DNA of 43,778 bases, the filler included, from Catajapyx aquilonaris (lineage: Eukaryota), in NCBI GenBank assembly GCA_000934665.2. It is 2 parts of 2 records of this genome, joined end to end, with 100 filler letters (N's around TTAATTAATTAA, not from the genome) between each part and the next. Parts side by side here need not be neighbours in the genome. Positions count along the whole stretch, not along the records: positions 1 to 21,843 come from JYFJ02005962.1; 1 more part is not named here. One strand, given 5' to 3'. Of the stretch, positions 1-11,747 are shown one piece after another (position 1 is the first letter of the stretch; each line of letters opens with the position of its first letter). The notes under the pieces were generated by a model. That model saw only the letters and a program-made list of their open reading frames with translations, searched no databases and was not told the origin of the DNA. Made by a program: the position numbers and the translations under genes.

Positions 1-1991
1 TTTGCTGTCGCCACAAAGTTGGCAGCCCTGCCTGTAGGTCACTGATTGTGTTCATTGTATACTTGTGCCATTATTTTTTTTCAAATACACATTTAATTTA
101 TGCATATCGATATAAGAGATGTACAGGGTAGTGTCCCAGTCCAAATAGTTGATTTGATTGCTCTAGCAACTTGTTTGCTGGGGTAAACAATAGCTGTGTA
201 CTGGCTGTGTACGTGTCTTTACCTGAAAGTATGCAAGAAAAAATAGCGAGCTTAATTTTATTTTTAGTGTCGCATTTTATATATTTTTATTACACGCTTT
301 GTATCCTGAGAGAGTACATAATGTATACAACGAAATAAATAAACCGTTGGCTCCGATATGTGTTTTTTTTTTCATCGCCATATTATTCAAGAGTGTATTT
401 TTGGCACATTCTATAAAAACACAAGTAGATTTTTGCGAATTGTGTGGACGTTCGAACAATACCGTATGTATGGGGGAAGTAATAAAATTCGCGACGTCAC
501 CCATCGACGTAATTTTTATCGCAATATTTCTGTCGCTTTTTGCGGTTCAAGTTTTGCGTGGGCGTATATGTTTAGCGCCAGGATATGATGCTATAATTAG
601 AGGTTTTTTTCCGCAAAATTGTTGTCGATTCCAATTGCGTGGGAGGGGGGTCTTATCAGTTGTACGTAACATTAAGGGAATGTGCTATTATCTACAGTCT
701 TAGATTTTGCTGTAATGTTGGGCATAATATACGTCATGTCGGTTTGAATTTGGCGAAATTTAATGAGAAACTTATTTTTAATTTGCGCGCTTTTGATATT
801 GCGATTTACGTAAGAGAATGCGGGTTGACTTGCCAGGAAATAGCAATTAAATAAGTACAAAGAGGTAAAATGGAAATAATGAGATAATCCAAATTTATGT
901 GAAAATATGATAATGAATGGTCAGTCTAAAATAATAAATTAATAAGTGGAATAAAATGCATAAAATTAAATACATAGAAATATGCACAAGTTCAAACTGA
1001 ATGCATTTTAAAATTAATAACAAGTATAAATTATTAGAAAATTATTGGGATTTTTTTTAAAGAAAATACTTCAGATTCTCTTTCCAATATAGATGCATGA
1101 CTCGATGTGTCATGCACTACGTGAAGGTCGCGTGCAGTGCAGTGTACTCGAACACGTCATGACAAATTACGTAATTGCATAACCACACTTACTATAGTTC
1201 AAACCTGCACCAACAGATGTCGAATGACTTCAAGAGTTCTTCAAGATTTTTTTTTATCGATCTTCACTACGATGTGCACTGTAAACTATACAGGATAATT
1301 TCTTTATTTTATTAAAGAGGTGCAAATACAGTGATGGTGTACATATGCAATACATATGAATGATGACACGATAGTAATACTGTTGAGTTATTAATTGCAT
1401 TGGGTGGCATTGGTTAATATCGGATATGTATACTCTCTAAAAAAGAGTATTGGGTAATTGATACACAACGTGTATTACTCTTTGTACTAGAGGAAAGTAT
1501 GACTGCTATTTTTTTCTGTTGTAAATGAGTCGGAAAGGTGGCGCCTAAAATACTATTTCTGCTCCCATCAATTTAGTCACAATTCACATGAAACACGTTG
1601 ACTATTGCATGCACGAATCTGAAACTAAACTTCGCCGGAATCGCCTCAGGTGCACAGTTGCATGCTGTGCATCTAACCCGAGCACATCTACGAATCGCAG
1701 TTGCAATTATTTAAAAAAAGTTTAACTACAGTTATACGAGGAAGTCGTAAAGTTGAGACATCACTATACACAGTCAGGAATTTTTCCCAAACCCCCTGGG
1801 TTTAAAGATGTAGTTGATGAGTTACTTCAAATGCATCATTGGTATATATACGTAGATTAATTTTTGTTCGCGCATTGATAATGCCAACCCTGCAAGCTGC
1901 GCGAAATGTGGTGCGCACTTGGTTGCGTTCGTTTAAAAAAAAAAATCATATACTAATGTTATTACGGATCAGTCGTAACCAACGTTGTCTC

Positions 1992-3525
1992 TCAGATGAT
2001 TGAGTGTGGTAGAGGCACCATACCGATGGGTATCCCTGCAGGTGAGAGGCTACAGACACAACCGACGTTGACCACTTCCCATCCGGTACGGTACCCATCG
2101 TACCTTCCCGTAGTCACGTTGCAAGGTCCCCTCCGGATGACCCTCAAGGCGAACCGGATCGGACGACACATGTAGTCACCTTCCGGGGGTCGAACCCTGC
2201 ACTCGTCGCACACACAAGTCGCATTGCCCACCTGTATACAATCAGCTCCAATTATAGCCTCCAAAATAGGCGGCCTCACTTGGCACACCCGAAGCTCAAA
2301 TTAGCCTCCAAGAGAGAGGCGCTCCTCATGGGTCGTAGAGGATGTGCGAAGAATGGGCATGTTCTACATAAGAGGCGCAAACTTCTGTCGGCGCCTTTGA
2401 TGTCCGCGTCTCTCTGTTTGGGGCCGTTGCCAAGGCTGGCTGCCATCTTGAAGTGTGGGGAACGCCAACGAGGGTACAGGCAAAAATAGGGTCCGCCATC
2501 TTTGATGGTTTTGGCGGCCATGGCAACTACACGGCGAGAACACGCGCGAATCAAAGATGGCGGACCCTATTTTTGCCTGTGCCCTATTTACACCTCGTTG
2601 GCGTTGCCCACACTTCAAGATGGCCGCCAGCCTTGGCAACGGCCCCAAACAGAGAGACGCGGAAATCGAATGTTTGCGCCTCTTATGTAGTATATTCTCC
2701 CTGCTGTCCACATATAGGGACGCGCAGGAACCGTTCTTCGCACATCCTCTACGACTCATGAGGAATCGGAGGCTAATATAAGCTTCACACCAGCAGCTTG
2801 TAGACTTACCCGTTCGGGTATCCGGAATGGGTCGTGTGTGATGACCCAGTTCCATGGACACAGGGGCGACTCCTGGGCGCTTGGCCCCTGGCTCGGGAAC
2901 TGAAACTGGGCGTCGCACACGGCCGGATCCACATTCCGATGCCTCAACTCCCAGGCACCTTCTTCCTCTTTGTTTCGACGGTTGTTCCTCCGTGGACCCG
3001 GTGGTATGACGTCGCCCAAGAACTCGGCCCAGAGTGGAACGCGTCTGGCTTGTCTCAGCATCCTGTTCATCTTTCGACGGACCTCGGGGGGATCGCGACA
3101 CCTCTTCTCCGGTTCCGGTACCGCTCCATCGCCGGTACCGATCAGGTGGTGATGGTGACGGTGACGGTGCTCCTGAACAAACAGGGCTATCATCAGAGCT
3201 GGGCCGCAAGCTAACCGAATTTTTTTAGCTCAGCTAACTTCCGCTAACAGCTAATTCGGTTAGTAAACCGTGGGCGGCGCTAAATTGCTAATGATAAACA
3301 GCTAGAATGATTAGGGGGGTTTCCACTAACATTTCTAGCTGTTAAGCATTAAGGATTTGGTGATGTCCATGGTTTTGCCCACCCCTTGCTATCAGTAGTC
3401 CGGAAGTGGGCTTCTTAAGTGTAAGATGTACGTACCTGCTGGTGCGCGGTACCTGCGATGAGTCCCAGTGCGACGAGACCAGCGACGGACAGCAAAAGCG
3501 TCACGTAAGGTGGACCGGCCACCAT
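1992..3525 (-). CDS. Secreted IL-17-like cystine-knot cytokine, 3 exons (3525-3436, 3172-2810, 2231-1992), ~230 aa
   Basis: Exon 1 encodes a signal peptide (MVAGPPYVTLLLSVAGLVALGLIAGTAHQQ). Two phase-0 GT-AG introns join to give SPLCPWNWVITHDPFRIPER|VGNATCVCDEC...CRPIRFALRVIRRGPC...Y...WEVVNVGCVC. This matches the IL-17 pattern (CPW..D..R.P....A.C.C..C; V.VGC.C). Confidence 0.85.
2291..2786. mobile_element. Outer inverted-repeat element (MITE-like) in IL-17 intron 2, hosting a nested MITE
   Basis: GAAGCTCAAATTAGCCTCC...TCCTCATGGGTCGTAGAGGATGTGCGAAGAA is mirrored by TTCTTCGCACATCCTCTACGACTCATGAGGA...GGAGGCTAATATAAGCTTC. Confidence 0.65.
2364..2703. mobile_element. Palindromic MITE family A, copy 1 (left terminus eroded)
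   Basis: CTACATAAGAGGCGCAAAC...GTTTGCGCCTCTTATGTAG-TATATTCTCCCTG, homologous to six other copies in the window. Confidence 0.9.
3270..3372. mobile_element. Short degenerate palindromic element in IL-17 intron 1
   Basis: Imperfect inverted arms, e.g. TAATGATAAACAGCTAGAA / TTCTAGCTGTTAAGCATTA. Boundaries are approximate. Confidence 0.4.
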
Positions 3526-3573
3526 CGGCGCCTCCGTCTTCTGCTCTCGTCTGTCCCTTTCCTTTTCCCTCCC

Positions 3574-3580
3574 TTTTATA
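3574..3580 (-). promoter_or_regulatory. TATA box of the IL-17-like gene
   Basis: TATAAAAGGG on the minus strand, ~50 nt upstream of the ATG at 3525. Confidence 0.55.
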
Positions 3581-4176
3581 TGCTACACCTTGTAATCAGT
3601 CCAGGTAGTAATAATAAAAGTGGTAGGATCGAAGGCCTTCCCCGAAGAGCCCAGTGAGTCAGTCCTCAGCATCGGGGATGAGAAGTTGCACACACAGTCA
3701 ATGGACCTTTCCATGCATGAGGTGCTTGCCAGGGGGGGAATTGTATACGTCACTCTTGGAGCCAATTGGTCTCACATCTGATGTCAATTCGGATTCCAAG
3801 AAAACTGGGACCAATGGCGAGGACATTATGTGTTGTACCCTTAGATCTAACTGTCCTTCCGATAAGCCTTTGAATTTCCTGGATTTCGAAATAAGCACAC
3901 CGTACCCGTTGCGTTTCTTCGAAGTCTGGCATTGCACGATCGGTTTAATGACCATTAAACGCGAAACTTCAGACAGTGGCTGCTCAACCTTGCATGCGAC
4001 CCACTCCGGATCACTCACTGCGATAACTGAGGGCGATACGGCCTTTTATTGTCGAGGCTAAATTATTGCCTGAATTTTATCAACTAAGGCAGACCAGACA
4101 ACGAGGTTTTATCGCTGTCAATAATTGCTGACGTCAATTACAGCGATTTGATCACCATTAATAAAATATGTAAATA

Positions 4177-4265
4177 CACTCTAAGAAATGTCCGGGTTAC
4201 ATGTATTTATCCCGAAAAAAGATCACTTTTGTCATGGTTATTTAACCCGGACATTTCTTAGAGTG
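4177..4265. mobile_element. 89-bp MITE with CACTCTAAGAAATGTCCGGGTTA TIRs
   Basis: Perfect 23-bp terminal inverted repeats, flanked by TA on both sides. Confidence 0.75.
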
Positions 4266-4585
4266 TAACAAACAATAAGTGCAACAAGTAATGAAGTGTG
4301 AAAGTAATTAGTAATTAGCTTGTAACATATGAGTAAATGAGTGGAATAAACATATCGAAAATTAATGATGACTTAGTCTTCCCCAAACGCAGCAATTGAA
4401 TAGCTAAGTACTGCCACAATAAAAAATATTGCATAAATAATGTTGTTATTATGCTTATTGGCAATTAATAACAAGCCCCCATCTAACGTAGTGTTGTGAG
4501 ATAAATGAGAGACTCGTCAGCTGGTATTGGGTGGAAATAGTTGCATAAATACTATTGAGGAAGTGCTTATTGTGGCCGGCCTGTA

Positions 4586-4752
4586 CAGGGTGTCTACAAA
4601 TGATTGCAGCAGTTTCGTGATTTTTTTTTTTTTTTTGCTGCCGTATAGTATAGCCTAATAGATATGTGGTGATCGAGTGTGATGATATGAAACAACCATT
4701 ATCCTAAGGTTTGATTTTCGTGAAACCGCTGAAATCATTTTAAGACACCCTG
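4586..4752. mobile_element. Tc1/mariner-type MITE
   Basis: TA|CAGGGTGTCT...AGACACCCTG|TA, with further imperfect inverted arms. Confidence 0.75.
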
Positions 4753-5709
4753 TATATTTATTTGCCTGGTACTTCCGCCCTGGGAAATTCCGTCCACTTT
4801 TTTTTTGTGCATTTGGGGGAATTTTCGTTGCATCTATTCCGATTCGACACGGAAGCCCATTTACTCTTTTTTTTTTGTACATGATGTCTGCGGAAATAAT
4901 TTCACAGTTACACAACACTGCACTATAGGTTGCACACACACTGTTAGGAAGAGTCTGGAATTAGTGGAAATCCTGCAAAAATAATTGGGTCTTCTCGTAA
5001 TTATTATTTTTTCTTTCCAGGACACACTGCAATTAGTATATTCAAGACCGGTTGTGTTTGACCTTGGTTTCCGTTACGAAGCACGCACTTCTTGTCGGGA
5101 CGCGTGCCTTTTGCTGTGTACATTCCCTTTAAAGTCCAACAATTAAAGGAGGTAGCCCAGGTCTATTCGTGCAATTAATTTCTAATTCATTATTGTTGCT
5201 TATGTTAATTTATTTTTTTATATGTTAGCAATTATTGTCCATTTGTTTGTTTTGACTAAAATGTTCTGGTTGGAGTAGTATGATTCCCCGAACGACATGT
5301 AAGACGACGAACAGGTGTCCAAACAGTAATTATATCCGCTTCGAGAAAGTATTAATAGTCAGGGAAGGCCGTTGGCGTCACTCATCAGGTGCGTAACTGG
5401 ATTTATGAATAAGAGACCATCATTGTAGGCGTCGGTTTTAAAAATACAAGTGATCAGTGCATCACTACGTAAACTAGTAAGTCACCAATTCTAATTTATC
5501 ATCATCTGACCCGGACGTGCTAAAATTCGTAGGAAAATTAGCATTTCTAATTATTACAACGTACGTAGGTTGAAAGTGAAGTTCAATGCAAGTTTATTAC
5601 TACTTCTGTGTACGTGGTGAATGACACCGAAAGGTTAGTAAGAGAAAAGGTTGCTCAAATTAATGCACATTTTTTACTCTGATTATTCGCAATAAGTGCG
5701 ATCACTCAA

Positions 5710-8700
5710 TTAGTATGAAGTAAAGAGAGGCGGTGATTCGCAAATGAAGTAATTCTCCTGCTGGCAATCAAGGTCATCCCAGCTGAATCGCATGTCTCCT
5801 CGGTTGCTGAAGGCTGCACAATCCTGTCGACCATTGTAGCCGGCATTGTCCGGTTGACCTTCGCCCCAGTCAGCGAAGGTCAGCTTCCTCCTCGGGTACT
5901 GGTCGCCGTACCAAACCCCTTCGTGACCTAGGTCATACGCGCCCATCCAATCTGCCTCGCCTCGCTCGTGATCTGAAAGAGATTATATACGCATAACAGT
6001 GGTCAGTCATGATGAGAGGTCAAGACTGACCGTTCTTGGCCAGGTATCTCTTGAGGAAGTGGTTCTCTCTGGCGTCGTCCACCACCACCAGACTTCCTTC
6101 AGCCAGCTCTCTGCATCCTTCAGACGCTGACCACCAATTGGCCTTGGTGTCACTGAAGTGGTAGCATCCCTCACCAACAGGGGTGTATCCCTCGTGGCAG
6201 TCGTGCTGGGCTGATCACACAACAATAAGGGATTAAAACAGTGCATTTGTTGCAGACCAATTAACTGACCTGTCTGGTGGACCTGTTCGGTTTCGCAGAC
6301 GAATGAGAGCTGTTGGTCGCACCCGACGGCGGCCAGGTCCCACTGAGGCGTCGATAGTGGTCCGATCACGACGCACATGGCGTCGGTGGTCACTTCGTTG
6401 GACAGGAAGTGTCCGAACATGTCCATGTCCCGTCCACTGTGGTCCCATCTCCAGTTAAGCTCAGAGTCACTCTTACCGCCGATGTAATGCGAAGTGCTGA
6501 AATCTGCAAGTGAACTCATTGGTGAGCCGGGTTCGGACCCGGTCCACTTTTAGTACTTACGCTCCTGGAGATGCGATTTGATGACGTTGTCTTCTTCTAA
6601 CGAGTCTATTTCAGCCAGATATCCTCCACTACTCATACAATAGGACTTGGCTGCATCCCAATCCAACTTTAGACTATCGTCGACAAACATGTAGCAGCTA
6701 CCTTCCACATGCACGTAACCTTCCAAGCACTTCTCTTCCTCAGACTCGTCGCTTGCTGCTGTTAAACCAAGTGAAGAAATCACAAGTTGAGTACACATAT
6801 AGAGAGAAAAACCTACCTGTTTCGTTTCCTTCAGAGTCGCTTTCGTCTGATGATGAGAATCCAATGGAGCTGTTGTCTTCGTCTGAATCACAGTCGCACG
6901 ATTTTGATTCCGATTCTTCGCTTTCTTTCCATACGATTTCATCAGATGAACCGCCTTCTGAACCGAGGCCAGATCCTTCCCAAGATTCAGACTTTTCTTC
7001 AGACGACTCCAGATCATAATGTGAGCCGAATCCAGAACCAAGGCCAGATCCTTCCCATGATAAGTCTGACTCGTTTGACTCATACGTGGGCAGATCAATG
7101 GGGTTTTCTTCAGACGACTCCAAGTCGCCTTCTGAACCGAATCCTGAACTTTCCCAACCTTCAGAGGATTCTTCAGATGATTCCAGGTCATAATGTGAGC
7201 TGAATCCATCAGAACCGAGGCCAGATCCTTCCCAATATTCGTTTGATTCAGACAGATCACTGGTGATCTCGGATTCTGATGATTCAGGTTCTTCGACTGA
7301 TTCAGAGCTGGAAGATTCACTCGAGTTGGACTTGTCCTCACACGATTCTTTTGATTTCCTTTCGTGTGACTCATTTGCTTCACTCTCACTCGCTTCAGAG
7401 CTCTTGCTTTCACTCTCGGCAGTCTCTTCTGATTTGCTACTGTTTTCTGTAGATTCTTCACTCTCACTCTCTGAAGACTCTTTGGACTCTTCTCCAGACT
7501 CCACAGACTCTTCAGACTCCACAGACTCTTCAGACTCCACAGACTCTTCAGACTCTTCAGACTCTTCAGACTCCCCAGACTCTTCAGACTCTTCAGACTC
7601 CACAGACTCTTCAGACTCCACAGACTCCACAGACTCTTCAGACTCCACAGACTCTTCAGACTCCACAGACTCCACAGACTCCACAGACTCCACAGACTCT
7701 TCAGACTCCACATCAGACTCTTCAGATTCAGAAGCCTCAGACTTTTCTCCAGATTCTTCAGACTCTTCATACTCTTCAGACTCTTCAGACTCCTCAGATG
7801 CTTCAGACTCTTCGGATGCCTTTTTGGACTCTTCAGCATCTTCAGACTCAGAAGCCTCGTCTGACTCTTCTTCTGTTGACTTTTCAGATGCTTCAGACTC
7901 CACAGACTCCTCTTCTTCACTTTTGCTTTCTAGAGATTCTTCAGTATCAGAAGTGCCTTCACCAGACGACACTGCTTTGCTTTCATTCTCCTCAGTGCCT
8001 ATACTGTTGGTCTCGTCTGAAGTTTCGTTGTCACCTTCATACCCTTCAGTAGTTTCGTGTGACTCATCGACTTCACTTTCGTTCGATTCCTTCTTAGTTT
8101 CATTAGATTCCTCTTTGCTTAGTTCGTGCTCTTCTTCGCTCTTTATTAATGCAGATTCTTCACTTTCTGCTTCTGATCCTGGTGATTCTGTAACTTCACT
8201 TACATCTGAGACTGCATGATGATCACTAATTTCGTAGCTTTCAGTGTGAAATTCTGCTGATTCCGTGACTTTCCTCTCATTTGAGCCTGTATGATGATCA
8301 CTAATTTCATAGCTTTCAGTGTGAAATTCAGCTTCTTCTGTTACCTTCTCATCTGAACCTACATGATGACGATCACTGATTTCATAACTTTCAGTGTGAA
8401 ATTCTGCTGCTTCTGTGAACTTTTCATGCGATTCACCTACATGATGATCACTAATTTCGTTGCTTTCAGTGTGAAATAATTCTGCTGCTTCTGTGACCTT
8501 CTCAACATGATGATCACTAATTTCATAGCTTTCAGTGTGAAATTCTGCTGCTTCTGTTACCTTCTCATCTGAACCTACATGATGATCACTGATTTCATAA
8601 CTTTCATTGTGAAATAATTCTGCTGCTTCTGTGAACTTCTCATGTGATTCACCTGCATGATGATCACTAATTTCGTTGCTTTCAGTGTGAAATTCTTCTG

Positions 8701-9824
8701 CTTCTGTGACTTTCTCACCTGAACCTACATGATGATCACTAATTTCAGTGTGAAACTCTGGTTCTTCACTGACCTCCTTTGAACCGTTGTGTTCAGGATT
8801 CTCTTCATGTTCTTCGCTCTTTGATGTTGCTAATTCAGGCTCTTGCGTGACTGACTTTTCGTCCGACTCGTGCTCATTGTGTTCGAGTGATGTTGCATTG
8901 TCTTCAACCGTGTTTTTCTCTCCTTTGTCGTCATCGTCGTGTATTTCAAAGTGTGGTTCTTCCGTCGTTTCGTCGTGACGTCCAGGGTACACCGATTCGT
9001 TGTCTATCTCTCCCCAATCGCGCATGAAATCTGGCTGGATCTCATTACCTTCGCTGTGCTCATTCGAACCGTGCTTTTCTGCGGCCTCTTCAATGTTTAT
9101 CCCTGGGTGCATCACAGCATTGTCACTCTCGTCACCGATGCCATTGTCGAAAGGGTTCGACGTCGGTCTGTGATCTTCATGCAGTGGTTCAAACAGCGTG
9201 TTTGGGGTCGGTGGACCTTCGTGGTGTTCATCGAACGACGGTGTATGGTCATGATCTTCGTGTAAATATTCAAGTATCGGGCTGGGTGTCGGTACATCAG
9301 GTGGCGAATCGTCGCTTGGTCTGTCTACATGTTCTTCGTCATGGTCCGAATCACGTTTGTGCCTGTCTGTAACGAAACAGTGTAAGACGCACCAAGTACT
9401 TATGTGCTGTGAAGTGTATAGTTACTTTTTTCCTGGCACGTGTCTCCTGTGTATCCGTCCAAGCATCGGCACCTTCCTGTGTCCGTACAGAAACCGTTCG
9501 GACCACAATCTTCAGGACACACGTTTGGTGTGCAATGTCCATCAGGACCGTCGCTGAACCCATCGCAGCATGTCTCCACTTCCCTGGTCTGTAGAAATAG
9601 GTTCGTCAGTTTTAAAAAAGGCTGATCTTTACTACGCGACGACAACGGACGTTATTGTGGCTTTGCCAATTCGTCGCGTAGTAAAGATCTTCCGAAAATG
9701 ACCGTACCGTTCCGTCCGGATCAGTTTCTTCCTCCAGGTAGTAGCAGCTGCTTCTGAATCGTCTGTCCGCACTTATAAGGACAACAGTGGACACGACGAT
9801 GAGACATGCAGTGGACAGCTGCAT
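5710..9824 (-). CDS. Large secreted mosaic protein: CCxG[FY]/EGF, acidic His/Glu and Ser/Glu repeats, two C-type lectin domains; 7 exons (9824-9708, 9588-9426, 9366-6817, 6758-6561, 6503-6270, 6210-6031, 5972-5710), ~1234 aa
   Basis: All junctions are GT-AG and phase-compatible, total 3705 nt. Signal peptide MQLSTACLIVVSTVVLISA, then CCDGF..CTPNVCPEDCGPNGFC...CRCLDGYTGDTC, RHKR and an ~850-aa acidic region. CTLD1 begins CLEGYVHVEGSCY..W..A..YC. CTLD2 is CHEGY...GCY...WMG...WGEGQPDN...DC...WDDLDC...FICE. Confidence 0.85.
7480..7910 (-). repeat. Coding 9-bp tandem repeats giving (ESE/ESV)n
   Basis: CAGACTCTT / CAGACTCCA units on the plus strand, inside exon 3. Confidence 0.9.
8215..8760 (-). 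repeat. Coding tandem repeat, 8 copies of ~21-26 aa (EFHTESYEISDHHVGSDEKVTEAA)
   Basis: Visible in the 6740..9115 ORF translation and in the DNA. Confidence 0.9.
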
Positions 9825-10615
9825 GCTTGATGGACAGTACACTGCTCACACAGATTCGTGTCAAGTATTGGTGGCGGACATGCACGTATCTGATCGACAT
9901 TTTGTACGGCTGGTCGTATAGCCAAATGTGATTAAACACCAATCGTATCTATGGTGTGTGCGAGGAGCGTTTTTCCTGCGAGGCTTATCGCGCATCCGTG
10001 TCCTGTATAATAATTTGTTGGGATAAACCATAGCCATGTCCAGTGACGTGTGGCATTTAGGAAGCATTTCCTACAATATTACAAGTAGAAAAAATAAATT
10101 AAAATTTAAGTAGCGTGAATATTGTGACTTTTGTATTAATTTGTACATGTTTTCAAATACTCATTATTCAGTTATACTGTATACAAATTGCATTATTTAT
10201 AATAATAATAATAATTGTATAATTTTTACAATGATCTTACCAAAAGGAATGTACTTGATCATATAATTATTAATTATTATACATTTATAAAATTCACATA
10301 GCCAGCACAGAAAGCATGAGGAGGATAATTGTTATTTCTCATAATCAGAAATCAATTTTCAACATTTCATATAATATCTCCAACTATATTTTAATGTAAT
10401 ATCTTATGGCAATGATATCATTGCCATAAGAAATTGCATTATAGTTGGAGATAGCACTAGTGTGAGTAGCAATTGCAAATGACACCCAATGACTTCACTT
10501 ATTGGGACATAAATTATTAATTATTGGTGTATTATGCAACATATATTTATTGCCATTACTTGGGCATCTTGTTATACAGGAAAGATTATTCTAATGTAAT
10601 TGCAGGGGAGTTGTA

Positions 10616-11066
10616 TCACAGATGCTGTTGTATGTCCTGGAAGTCAACTTCATCTTCGCAGGTGGGTCCGGCGTATCGTCCAGGTTGGCAGGCACAGTCA
10701 CCTGGCCGCACGCAGATCCCCCCGTTGGCACAGGTGTTAGGGCAGAATGGCACGCACTCGCCGTAGATGGGATCATTAGCGTAGCCTTCGCAACACGCTA
10801 ACGTAACCTGCCAGGAATAACACATAAATCAGCATCAATTTAATCAATCTGAATTAATTTCATCAAGTGTGCACATTCACAACATGATCAAGAGCATGCA
10901 AAATTTTAAATTCCTTTAATCTCTTTAAATGCAAAGCCCTTACCGTTCCATCAGGTTGAAAGGATTGATTGAAGCATGTATGTATTCGTACAGTCATGCA
11001 GCAGCCCGCGCTTATCATCGACAGAAGTACCACCGCTGCAACAAGAGTCATGCTGAACTTGGTCAT
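10616..11066 (-). CDS. Small secreted Nimrod-like CCxGY + EGF protein A, 2 exons (11066-10944, 10807-10616), ~104 aa
   Basis: Signal peptide; exon 1 ends PDGT|gtaagg; exon 2 is VTLACCEGY...CVPFCPNTCANGGICVRPGDCACQPGRYAGPTC. TATAAAA lies at ~11104-11110. Confidence 0.8.
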
Positions 11067-11334
11067 CGTCTCGGCAAACTGGAGAAATAATCTAGCAAGT
11101 TTGTTTTATAACCCAGACTACATTCAAATAGTATCTGCTCACTCTTTCCTGCAAAGCAAGTCGTATCTGTTGCACAACTTCCACATTCCAAATCAAGTGG
11201 TGGCAGACCACTACGAGCGATTACTGGAGATATTGCGCTGACTGTTGAGAATGAATTACTGACTAAGCATGAATCTGCATTAATTGATTTAATGTCAATA
11301 CATCACTTATGTACAAGCGTGAAGTACAGTTCGG

Positions 11335-11747
11335 TTAGTATAATCTCTCTTGTGGTCCTAAATCAATTTCACAGTTGGGTCCGGTGTATCGCTCCTCAGG
11401 ATAGCAGATGCACCGGGCTGGACGTACGCAGATTCCTCCATTTTTGCATCCTCCAGGGCAGATCGGTGCACACGTCCCGTGGATTTCACTGTCAGCGTAG
11501 CCATCGCAACACTTGTACTCCTCCTGCCAGAAGCGAAACCACATTTCAGATGCAAGCATACTTTCTCATGGCATATTGCACTAACATAATTTTTTTACCC
11601 CCAGACTTTTAAATTCCTTACCGATCCATCAGGCGACTCCACAGGAACACGGCATCTGTCGATCCGCACGGACAAGCTGTAGACTGCAGATAACGTAGAC
11701 AGAAGTACAACAGCAGTAAGAGCTGTTGCACGTACTGAGTGGGTCAT
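11335..11747 (-). CDS. Small secreted Nimrod-like CCxGY + EGF protein B, 2 exons (11747-11622, 11523-11335), ~104 aa
   Basis: MTHSVRATALTAVVLLSTLSAVYS signal peptide; PDGS|gtaagg; EEYKCCDGY...CAPICPGGCKNGGICVRPARCICYPEERYTGPNC. Confidence 0.8.

Noticed and set aside
3654..4061. Overlapping 135-aa and 106-aa ORFs upstream of IL-17
   Set aside because: No recognisable motif or exon structure, so I cannot support them as genes.
6760..7920. SLKSLW-repeat portion of the 456-aa ORF
   Set aside because: Alternative frame of the repeat exon. Only its last part (6758-6561) is the real CTLD exon.
7263..8219. 318-aa DSS-rich, phosphophoryn-like plus-strand ORF
   Set aside because: Antisense shadow of the Ser/Glu repeat exon, with no signal peptide or splice context.
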